The notes: generated by a model from the sequence alone, not told the origin. 64,000 nt of DNA from an uncultured bacterium (GCA_963801165.1 CAWDDT010000013.1:128001-192000), one strand, 5' to 3'. Positions 29,951 through 39,603 are shown, counted from the stretch's first letter. Numbers and translations are program-made.

Positions 29951-32590
29951 GTGGAATTCCCCTATATGTTTGTGGGCATGGAATGGCCGCTCGTAGGGCG
30001 CGAATCCGCCCTGAAACATGCGCTCGAGCTGGTTTCATCCGGGACCGGGGTCGCCATCCTCGGTCCGGCCGGGGTCGGGAAGAGCCGCCTCCTGGCCGAG
30101 CTACTGAAGGAAGCCGAGAACACGGGTATGTCCGTGGTCCGCGCCGTGGCGTCCGAATCGACCCGATCGATCCCGTTTGCACCGTTTATCGAGCTGCTCC
30201 CCACCGGTCCCACGCCCGATCGTCTGGCGATGCTTGCGGCAGCGCGGCATGCCTTGGAGAAGCTCGACGGTCGCCGGGGCCGACTGATCTCCATCGACGA
30301 TGCCCACCATCTCGACCCGGTGTCGCTCTCCTTCCTCACCCTGGTGGTCGGTTCGGGAATCGCAAACATCGTTCTGGCCAGCAGGACCGGACAGCCCATG
30401 GACGCCGGCCTCGTCGGCCTGTGGACGAATGGCGCGATCGAACGGATGGACCTCGGACCGCTCGACCGGGACGAATCTCAAAGTCTGATTGAGTCCGTCC
30501 TGGACGGTTCGACCACAGCGCACCTCGAATCGGAACTGTGGAGTCTCGCCCGGGGCAATCCGCTCGTTCTCCACGAGATCCTCGAAGGTGCCGTTGGTGT
30601 CAGTGTCGTTCGCACACCGCATGGCACCTGGGATCTCGGCGGATCGCCGGCAAAGTCGCCGCGCCTCTCCGATCTCGTCGCCTCCAGGCTGCGGGCGATC
30701 CCGGAAACTCTCCAGCCTGCAATGGACCTTGTCGCCGTCGGAGCCCCGCTGCCGTATGCCATCGCCCAACAGGCGTTGGGTGACACACTCGCCGAACTCG
30801 AGAGTCGCCGCCTGGTGATGATGATCGGATCCGGCGGAGAGCAGACGGTCGTCCCGGCTCATCCGCTCTATGGGGAGATCCTCAAGGAGTACATCGGCTC
30901 GTCACGGATCCAATCCGCTTGTCGCACTCTGATCGCCGCTGCGGAAGCGACCGGGTCGATCTCCGATCCGGTACGGGTCGCACTCTGGCAGCGGGAAGCC
31001 CGCCAGACCTTCTCCATCGATATTGCTCTCGCCGGTGCCCGGGCAGCGTTGATTCGGCACGATCCCGCATTGTGTCAAGAACTGCTGGCACCACTCGACC
31101 CGGCGGATGATCGTGTCGCGCTACTACTCGGGCGCGCTCTGAGCTATCAGCATCGTTTTGCAGAGGCTGAAGCTGCGCTCGACGACAGGTGGCCCAACGA
31201 TCTCCGGCTGCTCACCGAGATCGTCTCGATTCGGGCTCAGAACCTGGGGTTTGGGCTGGGCCGGGTGACCCAGGCACGCGACCTCTTCGCAAGGGCTGCC
31301 AAAGCGGTCGACAACCCCGACCTCCGTGCCCGGCTCAACAACGAGAGAGCGACGATCTCCGCCATTCACGGAGACTTTGCAGACACGATGTCGGCCACAC
31401 AAGCGGTTCTCTCCGATCCCAACACATCGGCGGCACCACGCGCCTCGGCACACGTTGCACTCTCGGTTGCGCATGCGATGACTGGCGATGGCATGGGTTT
31501 CCACGCGGTGCACGACGAGGCAATGCGCTACGCCGATCTCGCCCGCGAAGTGCTCCCATTCGCTCATGATCAGATCGAGATCATGCATACGGCGGCGTTG
31601 ATCAACGCCGGAAGATTCGAGGAAGCGGTTAGCCTCACCGGGTCAGCGGTCGAGAAGGCAGGGCGTGGCGGGGCTCTAGTTCCCACGTGGCTCTCCGCCA
31701 GGTGCATGGCGCTGGTCGTCATGGGACGCCTCCGCACCGCAAAGAGCACCGCCCAACGTGCGCACGACCTATTCTCGCAGGCAGACCCGTTCGGGCTCGA
31801 GCTCCAGGCAGCCGGAATCGCGGCGTTTGCGGCCGGCCAGATGGGTGACACCGGTCCCGGGACCCTCCTCGACAAGATCGAGGTCCTACCGGCTGCACCC
31901 CGTCTGTCCATCTGGATAGACCTCGGGCGGGCATGGACGGAGGCGGCTCGTGGGAGACCGGCCCAGGGAGCCCGGATCGCTGCCGAGAGCGGACGGCGTG
32001 CGGTTGAGTGCGAACACTACGCCTGGGCGATGCTTTGTCTGTACAACGCCTCCCGACTCGGCGCCCCGGAGCACGTGGTGCAAGACGCAGGACAGATCGA
32101 TGTCTCGCGCGACGTTGACCTGCTCGCCACCATGCGAGCCCACATCGAGGCGTTCGCCACTGGCGATGCCGGAGGCGTTGCGGATGCTGCGAAGCGCTTC
32201 GCAGCGATGGGCGCGCACCTCCCCTCCGCCGAATGTTTCGCCCAGGCAGCATCCATTCTCGAAGGACGCGGCGCGTCGGCGGCAGCAGCCCGCTGTGTCG
32301 TGCTCTCACGTGTTGCCGAGCTGCGCTGCGAAGACCCGCATACCCCGGCGCTGGCGGACCGTCCCCCGCTGGTGACGGGCCGCGAGGTCCAGATTGCATT
32401 CGATGCTGCAACGGGTTTGAGCAGCCGGGAGATCGCTGCCAGGCGATACATTTCCGTGCGCACGGTCGACAATCATCTCCGGTCGGTGTACCGGAAGCTC
32501 GATGTCGCCGGGCGCGACGAGTTGGCTTCCCTGTTGCCTGGTATCCCGGACACCGCAGATCGCGTGCTCGCTCCTAGAGTCGACAGCTAG
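29951..32590 (+). CDS. Large ATP-binding LuxR-family transcriptional regulator
   Basis: LVGRE, GPAGVGKS, IDDAHHLD, GNPL, C-terminal HTH TGRE...GLSSREIA..YISVRTVDNHLRSVYRKL. Confidence 0.92.
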   Translation: MEFPYMFVGMEWPLVGRESALKHALELVSSGTGVAILGPAGVGKSRLLAELLKEAENTGMSVVRAVASESTRSIPFAPFIELLPTGPTPDRLAMLAAARHALEKLDGRRGRLISIDDAHHLDPVSLSFLTLVVGSGIANIVLASRTGQPMDAGLVGLWTNGAIERMDLGPLDRDESQSLIESVLDGSTTAHLESELWSLARGNPLVLHEILEGAVGVSVVRTPHGTWDLGGSPAKSPRLSDLVASRLRAIPETLQPAMDLVAVGAPLPYAIAQQALGDTLAELESRRLVMMIGSGGEQTVVPAHPLYGEILKEYIGSSRIQSACRTLIAAAEATGSISDPVRVALWQREARQTFSIDIALAGARAALIRHDPALCQELLAPLDPADDRVALLLGRALSYQHRFAEAEAALDDRWPNDLRLLTEIVSIRAQNLGFGLGRVTQARDLFARAAKAVDNPDLRARLNNERATISAIHGDFADTMSATQAVLSDPNTSAAPRASAHVALSVAHAMTGDGMGFHAVHDEAMRYADLAREVLPFAHDQIEIMHTAALINAGRFEEAVSLTGSAVEKAGRGGALVPTWLSARCMALVVMGRLRTAKSTAQRAHDLFSQADPFGLELQAAGIAAFAAGQMGDTGPGTLLDKIEVLPAAPRLSIWIDLGRAWTEAARGRPAQGARIAAESGRRAVECEHYAWAMLCLYNASRLGAPEHVVQDAGQIDVSRDVDLLATMRAHIEAFATGDAGGVADAAKRFAAMGAHLPSAECFAQAASILEGRGASAAAARCVVLSRVAELRCEDPHTPALADRPPLVTGREVQIAFDAATGLSSREIAARRYISVRTVDNHLRSVYRKLDVAGRDELASLLPGIPDTADRVLAPRVDS

Positions 32591-32639
32591 ACCGTGCTCC
32601 TTACTGGGGACAGCGCTTGGATCGGCTCTGGCAAGTCGG

Positions 32640-32815
32640 TTACAGCCCGACGGCCCGGACAAGGAACGCAGCCATCTCACCCCGCGTCACCGCATCATCC
32701 GGACAGAACCGGTCATCAACCGGTGGGTTACAACCCTTCGTGATCCCCGCCGCCGACAACCTCTCGATATCCGCGTCGAAGACAGACCCGTCATCAAAAT
32801 CCCGGACGGCATGAT
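32640..32815 (-). pseudogene. Orphan single SLH-domain fragment
   Basis: DDGSVFDADIERLSAAGITKGCNPPVDDRFCPDDAVTRGEMAAFLVRAVGL*, with no signal peptide or credible start; sits just downstream of tRNA-Pro. Confidence 0.7.
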
Positions 32816-32889
32816 CGCATCTCGTTCGGTCGAGGACACGTGGCGAAGATCGCCTTCCATGGCAGGCACTTCTCGACGTCTCCACCTCG

Positions 32890-32963
32890 TCGGGCTGGCC
32901 AGATTTGAACTGGCGACCCCCTGCTCCCAAAGCAGGTGCGCTACCAAACTGCGCTACAGCCCG
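32890..32963 (-). tRNA. tRNA-Pro(TGG)
   Basis: CGGGCTGTAGCGCAGTTTGGTAGCGCACCTGCTTTGGGAGCAGG...GTTCAAATCTGGCCAGCCCGA. Confidence 0.95.
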
Positions 32964-33025
32964 TGGTAGCGCCATTGTTGCAGGTCTCCGTAGGTCTGTC
33001 GTACCGGCTTGATACGTTGTGCAGC

Positions 33026-33730
33026 ATGAGACCTCGAATACCCAACCGCTTGCAGCAGCGGGCATCCGGATGGAACCACCTGTCCAATCGACAGCGTTCC
33101 GATCTAGGCAAAGAACTACGCCGCCTCGGCTTGATGCAAAGCGAAATCCGAGAGATCATTCCGGTGGCGAAATCCACCCTGTCCTACTGGTGCCGCGACG
33201 TTCAATTGACTCAGAAACAGGTCGACAAGATCAGGCAACGCCGTTATTCGACTGCGGGCGGGCGTCGCGACACTCAGGCCAAGAGGCGAGAAGAGATCCG
33301 AGTCCTTCGAACCGAGGCCCAACAGCAAGCTACTGAGTGGTCCCGAGATCCGCTGTTTGCGGCTGGAGTCGCTCTCTACTGGGCGGAGGGATCCAAGACC
33401 CGCAATCACTTTTCGATCGCTAACACCGATCCGGCATTGCTACGCGTGTTCATTGGGTGGGTTCGCCAGTATCTCGATACCTCTGCAGATTTCCGGCTTT
33501 GCCTCCACCTCCACGAGGGCAACTGCGAAGAGGCCGCCAAGACGTATTGGAGAGCGGAGCTGGGCCTCCCAACAGCACGGTTCACCAAGACATACGTCAA
33601 ACCGCGCGGCACAGGACACAGGAAGAATCGCATACCGGCGGGTGTGTGTCGAGTTCTGGTATGCCGGGGAGGAGACCACTGGCAACGAACAATGCAATGG
33701 ATTGACAACATGAGTGAGTGCATGGTCTGA
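33026..33730 (+). CDS. tRNA-associated HTH + LAGLIDADG-like hypothetical protein
   Basis: HTH (LRRLG..QSEI...VAKSTLSYW), then GVALYWAEGSK...ANTDP..LRVF...LHLH...YW...LGLP...FTK; lies between tRNA-Pro and tRNA-Lys. Confidence 0.7.
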   Translation: MRPRIPNRLQQRASGWNHLSNRQRSDLGKELRRLGLMQSEIREIIPVAKSTLSYWCRDVQLTQKQVDKIRQRRYSTAGGRRDTQAKRREEIRVLRTEAQQQATEWSRDPLFAAGVALYWAEGSKTRNHFSIANTDPALLRVFIGWVRQYLDTSADFRLCLHLHEGNCEEAAKTYWRAELGLPTARFTKTYVKPRGTGHRKNRIPAGVCRVLVCRGGDHWQRTMQWIDNMSECMV

Positions 33731-33750
33731 AGGCTTGCTACAATCGCTCC

Positions 33751-33824
33751 GGGTCGCTAGCTCAATCAGGCAGAGCACCGGACTCTTAATCCGTAGGTTC
33801 AGGGTTCGATTCCCTGGCGACCCA
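33751..33824 (+). tRNA. tRNA-Lys(CTT)
   Basis: GGGTCGCTAGCTCAATCAGGCAGAGCACCGGACTCTTAATCCGTAGG...GGTTCGATTCCCTGGCGACCCA; extended -10 TGcTACAAT just upstream. Confidence 0.95.
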
Positions 33825-33870
33825 CTGCCGCCAGCGCTTACCGAGATCGATTGCTGTGGCGGCGTGTCAT

Positions 33871-33954
33871 GCGGGCGTGGCGGAAATGGAAGACGCGCCA
33901 GGTTTAGGTCCTGGTGGGCGAAAGCCCGTGGGGGTTCGAGTCCCTTCGCCCGCA
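33871..33954 (+). tRNA. tRNA-Leu(TAG), integration target (attL)
   Basis: GCGGGCGTGGCGGAAATGGAAGACGCGCCAGGTTTAGGTCCTGGTGGGCGAAAGCCCGTGGGGGTTCGAGTCCCTTCGCCCGCA; long variable arm. Confidence 0.95.
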
Positions 33955-34029
33955 CTTGAGCCAGATACCCGCCCATCAGGGGATTCTGCCTCGCGGGCGG
34001 GTCCGCCGCCGGTCGACGAAGACAATCGT

Positions 34030-34051
34030 TTCTACCCAATCTTCTACCCGA
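34030..34051 (+). repeat. Putative integrase arm-type sites (TTCTACCC x2), left end
   Basis: ttctacccaatcttctacccga; the same doublet occurs at 46341-46363 near the right end. Confidence 0.7.
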
Positions 34052-34825
34052 CCTCGTAGCGAGTCCAGAGGGGAACCGGGGCGATTAGCCATCGTTGCGC
34101 TCCGCACCGCGACCGCATGCCGATGCGCGGCAGCCAGTACCGTCTGATGTCGGCTCGTGCTTTCGCATGTGGGCCGTGGCGCTAACTGGCAGCAAGCTGG
34201 AAGGTCGCGTCGTGTGTGAACGTCGTCAGCGCCGTCTCGTCGCTCTGGCTGCCACTCTCAAACCTCCTTGAAGGTGTGAGCGGGGACCTGCTGGTCGTCA
34301 GACCGCTCGAGGTATTGCCGGGGGATGTCCGACGTGGCTTTGAGTGTCGCCGGGTGATTGGACCCCCGACGAGGCTCGCTTGTTCGACGGGTTATGAGCC
34401 CTTTCGGGTTCCCTTCATCATTTCGCGTTATCGCTCAATAGCCCGTGAGCCTGGGGTCCTGCGGGATCAGCGTGCTTCCTGATTCCGGCAGATGACCCCT
34501 CGTGACGCCCCGTCCGTTGGAAGGTTCGTTAGAAGAATGGCGTTCAGACCATGGGTCTTCGCCCTGCCGTGGCACCCACGCCCGGCGCCTCGGAACCACC
34601 TGATGGACGTCTTGTACGGTGGTGGCCGGTTTTGAAGACCGTTCGGGGCATTTCTCGGAAGTCGGCGACTCGCTGGGGATTCTGGCGTAAACCCTTATGA
34701 CACAATGGTTTACGACCACTCATCATCGTTGGTCATCTCGCGGTGGTTTGCATCGTTTCTCGTTCTCCCGCGCCCCCAGCGCGCCCCGAGATGCGGAAGA
34801 CTGCTCGCCGCGCTCACGCCCGGAT

Positions 34826-35150
34826 TCAGTCGCGGAGGGTTCTGAGAATGTCCTTCATGAGCAAGACGAGATGGAGGGCGTCGGTCGGTGACGGCTCGAA
34901 CTCGGGGATGAGATGGAGGTGGAAGTCGCGGGCCTGCGGTGTCTCGGCGTGAACAGCAAGCCCCGGCATCCGATCTCAGTGCCGAGCTGCGCCGTCCGGC
35001 TGATGGCGTCGGCGAGGAGACCGGCGCCGAGCCCGCGGCCCTCGTGCTCGCTCGACATCCCGAGAAGAACCAGCAGCGCCACCGACTGTGGGATAGCGGC
35101 CGGCACCATTGCTAACCCGGGTCGGAGCGTCCTCGGCGCACTCCCGGATA
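34826..35150 (-). pseudogene. Truncated, frameshifted GNAT acetyltransferase (AtaT/TacT toxin-like)
   Basis: APRTLRPGLA...PQSVALL...HEGRGLGAGLLADAISR...IGCRGLL, then after a 1-nt shift near 34955 VHAETPQARDFHLHLIPEFEPSPTDALHLVLLMKDI; N-terminus missing. Confidence 0.8.
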
Positions 35151-35253
35151 GCCACCGACCAACGAGCGCCAGCGTGAGTGCCGATGCAGAGCAGCATTTG
35201 AACTGCGCGATATCGCTCGGGAATTGATGATCTGCGATATCCATGCCATAGGC

Positions 35254-36573
35254 ATGACCGATGGGCGAGATTTTCGTGTGCCCATTGCGGAGATTCTCGG
35301 CCAGAATGGAGTCGTGGAATCCCGACCGCCCCTCGTAGGTGCACCCGCGCCGGAGCAGCAAGCAACCCGTTCCCTCGTCTTCTTGGCCGTGGTGGGCATT
35401 GCTGCCGGACTCTTTGGGTATCTTCTTGGAGTGACTGCCAACAGCGGTCAGGAGCCGGACCCGCCGAACGGGTTTCTTGCTCCTGTGGTATCTGGCGCCA
35501 CGACCGATACAAAGCAGGAGAATGACCGGACAGCGTCATCGTCGACAAGAGTGCCGGCGCTGGGTGCGACTAATGGTGCCACCTCTATGCCGCCGGTGCC
35601 AGGCCTTGTATCCGGTCCTGCCCTGCCGCAGGATCTACGTAGCTCGAGGTTCCGTCTCTTTCGGGGGGTGTGGCCGGAGCTCACGCTCGAGGAATGGACA
35701 ACCGAAGGTATCACGGCATCCGTACAGCTGCCGTGGCTTGCGAGTGGGCTGTCTGCCGACCAATCCGACGAACTGTTCGCATTCACCGCGCCGTCAGCCA
35801 CCGGGCAGACTCTCTATGTAGGCAGAAACAACATGTATGTAGCGGTATCAGCCGAACTTGCGGGAGGATGGTCATGGCACGGTTCTGAACCTGGGAAAGC
35901 AGCCTGGATCGAGGCGAGTGATGACGGGCGAGTAATGGTGTTCGGCCGACTTCAAGCAGAGATCTTGGGTGATCGTGGAGAGTATCTCGATGTAGCGGTA
36001 AATGCGCGGCACATCGGCGGAGCGCAACCAGATGAGTCGATCGTGGGACTTACGAGGTTTGGGATCGTGCTCCGCTCGTTCGACGAATCGGGACGGGCCA
36101 AGCTCGTCGCCCTTGACGGTGAAGTAGTGGCAGAAGCTGAGGGTATATTGCCGCTCGCCATCTCCGCCGACGGCTATGGATTGGCGGTTGTTCGATCGGA
36201 GGACCAGATTCAGTACGTCATCACCGACGAGGAGTTGAACCCTGTGACCAATCTCGGCCGCTATGACACGACAGCCGATTGGGTCGAATGGTCGCCGAGT
36301 GGCGAATACGTCGCATTCACACACACCGCTTTCCAAGATCGGGCATCGGACAGCGAGGTCCACCTTGAGATTTGGACCAGAAACGGACAGCCCGTGTTGG
36401 ACGTCCCGATACGTGCCGCAGTGTGGGATGGCGCTTGGACCGCTGATGAGTCGCGAGTAGTCATGGTGGCGAGCGATGCCGGTCCATGGCTTATCGCCAA
36501 CCCATCGACCGGCCAAATCCAAGCCCAGACCGTTGCGGCGGTGGCGGTGGCCGAGATAGACGCCAGCGGGTGA
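35254..36573 (+). CDS. Membrane-anchored extracytoplasmic protein, probable beta-propeller
   Basis: One TM helix (LVFLAVVGIAAGLFGYLLGV), Pro/Thr/Ser linker, TolB-like blades (ISADG, WSPSGEYVAF, WTADESRV); start uncertain (35224-35254). Confidence 0.7.
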   Translation: MTDGRDFRVPIAEILGQNGVVESRPPLVGAPAPEQQATRSLVFLAVVGIAAGLFGYLLGVTANSGQEPDPPNGFLAPVVSGATTDTKQENDRTASSSTRVPALGATNGATSMPPVPGLVSGPALPQDLRSSRFRLFRGVWPELTLEEWTTEGITASVQLPWLASGLSADQSDELFAFTAPSATGQTLYVGRNNMYVAVSAELAGGWSWHGSEPGKAAWIEASDDGRVMVFGRLQAEILGDRGEYLDVAVNARHIGGAQPDESIVGLTRFGIVLRSFDESGRAKLVALDGEVVAEAEGILPLAISADGYGLAVVRSEDQIQYVITDEELNPVTNLGRYDTTADWVEWSPSGEYVAFTHTAFQDRASDSEVHLEIWTRNGQPVLDVPIRAAVWDGAWTADESRVVMVASDAGPWLIANPSTGQIQAQTVAAVAVAEIDASG

Positions 36574-36778
36574 CCGAGGACACACTGGATTAGGTGTAGC
36601 GACCGCCAGGGATGCGTTTCTTGGGGCGAACGATCTTGATTGTCCGTTCCTATTCGTATCACCGCAAGATCCACGGTGTAGGCGAACTGATCCGCCGATC
36701 GACAAGGGTGATGCCGAGCATGCTGGGAAGGCAGTTCTATCGCCCGTATGACTTCCAATCACCGGGATCCCTATGGGG

Positions 36779-37405
36779 CTAGTCCAGGAGCCCTTGCTGT
36801 GCTGCCGCCATGAGCGCTTCGGTTTTGTTGGACGCGTCTAGCTTCCGGTACGTCGTAGCCAAAAGACGCTGCATGTTCCGTTCGCTATAGCCGATTGTGT
36901 CGGCCAACCTGCCAATCGTCACCCCGGAGGCGAGGATACGAAGCCAGTCAATCTCCTGGTCCGTCACTTGCATCGCGCCTTGACCCCTCGTGTCGGTTGG
37001 CGTCCAATCGCGAAAGACAACATGAGGCGCAATGGAGAGTCCCGCTCCGACGGCCTCTACGGCAACTACTAGCCAGTCGACAGACATCGCCACTGGAAGA
37101 ACGACCCACGCGCCGTATCGAAAGAGGGGTTCCGATAGGGCGGGCGAGGCAACCAGCGCGATGGTTGGGATCTGGGGAGTGTTCTCGCGAATTCGCAAGA
37201 ACAAGTCACAATCCTGTCGAGAGGCGCAGCCTGCTACCAGCAACGATGCGGACTCGCCCGCCACTGCCCACGCAACCGGATGGCTAACTTGCTGCACGTT
37301 CATACCGGCGGCTACGAGCACTGACTCGGCGCCAGCGGCTGTGAGTGGTGCAAGGCTTTTGGTTGCGATCCCGATCCGCATGTGTGCCCCCCTGTCGAAA
37401 CCCAC
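36779..37405 (-). CDS. LuxR/NarL-type regulator with a degenerate receiver-like domain
   Basis: C-terminal HTH TDQEIDWLRILASGVTIGRLADTIGYSERNMQRLL...YRKL..NKTEAL..A.QQGLL; divergent from the cargo operon. Confidence 0.85.
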   Translation of the reverse strand: MGFDRGAHMRIGIATKSLAPLTAAGAESVLVAAGMNVQQVSHPVAWAVAGESASLLVAGCASRQDCDLFLRIRENTPQIPTIALVASPALSEPLFRYGAWVVLPVAMSVDWLVVAVEAVGAGLSIAPHVVFRDWTPTDTRGQGAMQVTDQEIDWLRILASGVTIGRLADTIGYSERNMQRLLATTYRKLDASNKTEALMAAAQQGLLD

Positions 37406-37780
37406 ACGCCCCGCATTATCAGCCTACCCGATCACCAGACTTCTCGGCTCGGTATGCGCGAGAGCTTCCGGCGTCGCTTTCCCAATGACGGCGGACGCGA
37501 GAGGTGGCTTCTGCATATCGACCCATTGACGAGGGAGTCAGGCGCGAGGCCAGAGGCGTGGACCGCATTAGGCGGGGGGTTTGTGCCTGCATTGCGACGA
37601 CAAATGGCTGGCCGCTTCGGGCCAACCTTTGTCGTTGACGCGAGCTGGTGTCGTATCGAGAGGGATAGGGCAGGAGGTTTGTGAACTGATGCTGAGACCG
37701 GGCATAGACGACAGCGCTGGTAGGTTCGAGGCCGGGATCTTGCAGAGTCTCCTCGTGGTCGCCGCGGGTACGGGGGGAGT

Positions 37781-38368
37781 GTGATGTCTGCGAGGCATCT
37801 TGATCGCCGGGAAGTCCTCAGAATGATGGGGGTCTTTGTAGGAGGGGAAGTCGTCCTTACGAATCTTGGGGCCAGTCCTGCACGTGCCAGATCGGAGAAT
37901 CGGTACCGTAGCGACGCCATCGTTGTGGGATCGGTCATGGCTGTCGAAGCGGATTCGAATCAGATTGCGATCCGATCTGCTGTCCGATCTGAGGGATTCG
38001 TGGATATCGTCTGCTCGTCCAGGACGGTGTTCCTGCGTGACAGGCCTGCTGCAATCTCTGACTTCCTGACCGGAGACAAGATTGCGGTATTCGGAAGCCG
38101 CCAAGGCCAGTCACTCTTTGCAGCGACGGCTGTCCAGCCCGCCTATGAGGCGATGTTTGTTGATGTTGAATGGCCGCTCCCGGAGCGTGATATCACTATC
38201 CGAACTGAGCGGGGCGATCTCCTCATTCCCAACGGTGTCCTCAAGGTTGGTGAGACTGACCCAGCTCTCGTAGGTGATTTGACCCGAGTTCAGGCAACAG
38301 TTCGTCACGAGCCAGCGACGAACCGCTACGTGGCCGCCCTGATAGGCAACGGAGGCCACCACTCATGA
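37781..38368 (+). CDS. Tat-exported hypothetical protein, OB-fold/DUF5666-like
   Basis: DRREVL twin-arginine motif, ARA cleavage site; G.V.AV....I.I....V.....T.F......ISDF..GDKIAVFG...AATAV pattern; GGGGGAG RBS. Confidence 0.65.
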   Translation: MMSARHLDRREVLRMMGVFVGGEVVLTNLGASPARARSENRYRSDAIVVGSVMAVEADSNQIAIRSAVRSEGFVDIVCSSRTVFLRDRPAAISDFLTGDKIAVFGSRQGQSLFAATAVQPAYEAMFVDVEWPLPERDITIRTERGDLLIPNGVLKVGETDPALVGDLTRVQATVRHEPATNRYVAALIGNGGHHS

Positions 38369-38934
38369 GCGTTCCGTCGGTTCTTGGCTGGATTGTCATT
38401 GTGACTTTGTCATGGGCCGGTGCAGCGAAGCTCCTTAACCCAGCCGCGACACTTGGTGGTATCCGGTCTACGCTTCGGGCTGTACCGATACCTCGCTGGT
38501 CGGTCTGGTTCTTGGTCGCAGCGGAACTCGGTATCAGCGCCGCCTTGGCGTTCGGATTGCTTAGCGGCAGTTTCGTCCAACCGCCAGCGCTAGGAGCTGG
38601 GATCCTTCTCGCATTGTTCACGGTGATAAACGCCGTGGACATGATCCAGGGCGGTGAAAGTTCGTGTGCGTGCTTCGGCGCCACCGACATCTATCCGATA
38701 AGATTCAAGTCCTTCGCCTTGGCCAGATCTGCGTTCCTCAGCTCGCTTGCATTTGTCCTAGCCGTCGCCCCACCGGGCCAAACCAGTGCCGTCGAAGAGA
38801 CGAAGGCCGCCATCCTCGCAGTGAGCATCGTCGCGATGGCAGCCGTGATTCTAAGGGCTGTCCAATCGGTACGCCTGTGGCCCGCGCACACAGTCAAAGT
38901 CAAAGAGGTAGTCGAAGAGGTTCTGGCGGTCTAG
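38365..38934 (+). CDS. MauE/DoxX-family membrane protein
   Basis: AGAAKLLNP, LVAAELG, LLALFT, CACFG (CxCFG signature), ARS; ATGA overlap with the upstream gene. Confidence 0.85.
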   Translation: MSVPSVLGWIVIVTLSWAGAAKLLNPAATLGGIRSTLRAVPIPRWSVWFLVAAELGISAALAFGLLSGSFVQPPALGAGILLALFTVINAVDMIQGGESSCACFGATDIYPIRFKSFALARSAFLSSLAFVLAVAPPGQTSAVEETKAAILAVSIVAMAAVILRAVQSVRLWPAHTVKVKEVVEEVLAV

Positions 38935-38982
38935 GAGCGATGAACATGCACCCAACAGGTACGAAACGACCGGGAGAGATCT

Positions 38983-39603
38983 ATGCCTGAAATGGATACC
39001 GCCTTGGTTGCAGCTCTCTTGGCATGGCAGGTCGTTGTAGCCGTTCTGATAGCAGTCCTTTTCCGGCAGGTCGCGCTGCTGTCAATCGCTATGAGTCAAC
39101 AAGACCCACCAGCGCGCAACTCAAATCTGGCAGTTGGGGTCCCAATCCCCCAAGAACTTGACTCAGACATGGTTGACCCCGCCGAAACAACGTACGTGTT
39201 CTGGCTATCCGTTGGCTGCGACGCGTGCGTCAGAGTTGCAGAAGAACTGGGCACCGCGATTTCGACGGGTGCATGGACCGAATCAACAGTTGCGTTGATC
39301 ACGGGGCCAGCCACCGCGGCTACGTCGCTATCGGACACAGCAGCCCTTCAGAATCGCACCATCGTCGACCCAGATGCCAGCTCAATAATCGAGACTCTCG
39401 GCCTGACAACGTCACCGTTCGTGATCAAGACCGCGAATGGCGTCGTCAGGGGGTGGAGCACCGTTACAAGCATTCCGGACTTGGAGAAGCTACGAACCGA
39501 TCCCGCCAGCGGCGATACTGACAAACGGGAGGAAGAGCAGATCGCATCGCCGAAATCTGAAGAGGCAGGGTCTACTCCATCAACATCGGGGTCGCACCGA
39601 TGA
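38983..39603 (+). CDS. MauD-like membrane-anchored thioredoxin-fold protein
   Basis: N-terminal TM ending AVLFRQVALL, LAVG.PIP, FWLSVGCDAC (CxxC), TSPF (cis-Pro position), GVVRG. Confidence 0.82.
   Translation: MPEMDTALVAALLAWQVVVAVLIAVLFRQVALLSIAMSQQDPPARNSNLAVGVPIPQELDSDMVDPAETTYVFWLSVGCDACVRVAEELGTAISTGAWTESTVALITGPATAATSLSDTAALQNRTIVDPDASSIIETLGLTTSPFVIKTANGVVRGWSTVTSIPDLEKLRTDPASGDTDKREEEQIASPKSEEAGSTPSTSGSHR

Noticed and set aside
34600-34700. Intact tRNA-Sec gene
   Set aside because: Only the anticodon arm is recognisable; no T-arm or acceptor stem could be formed.
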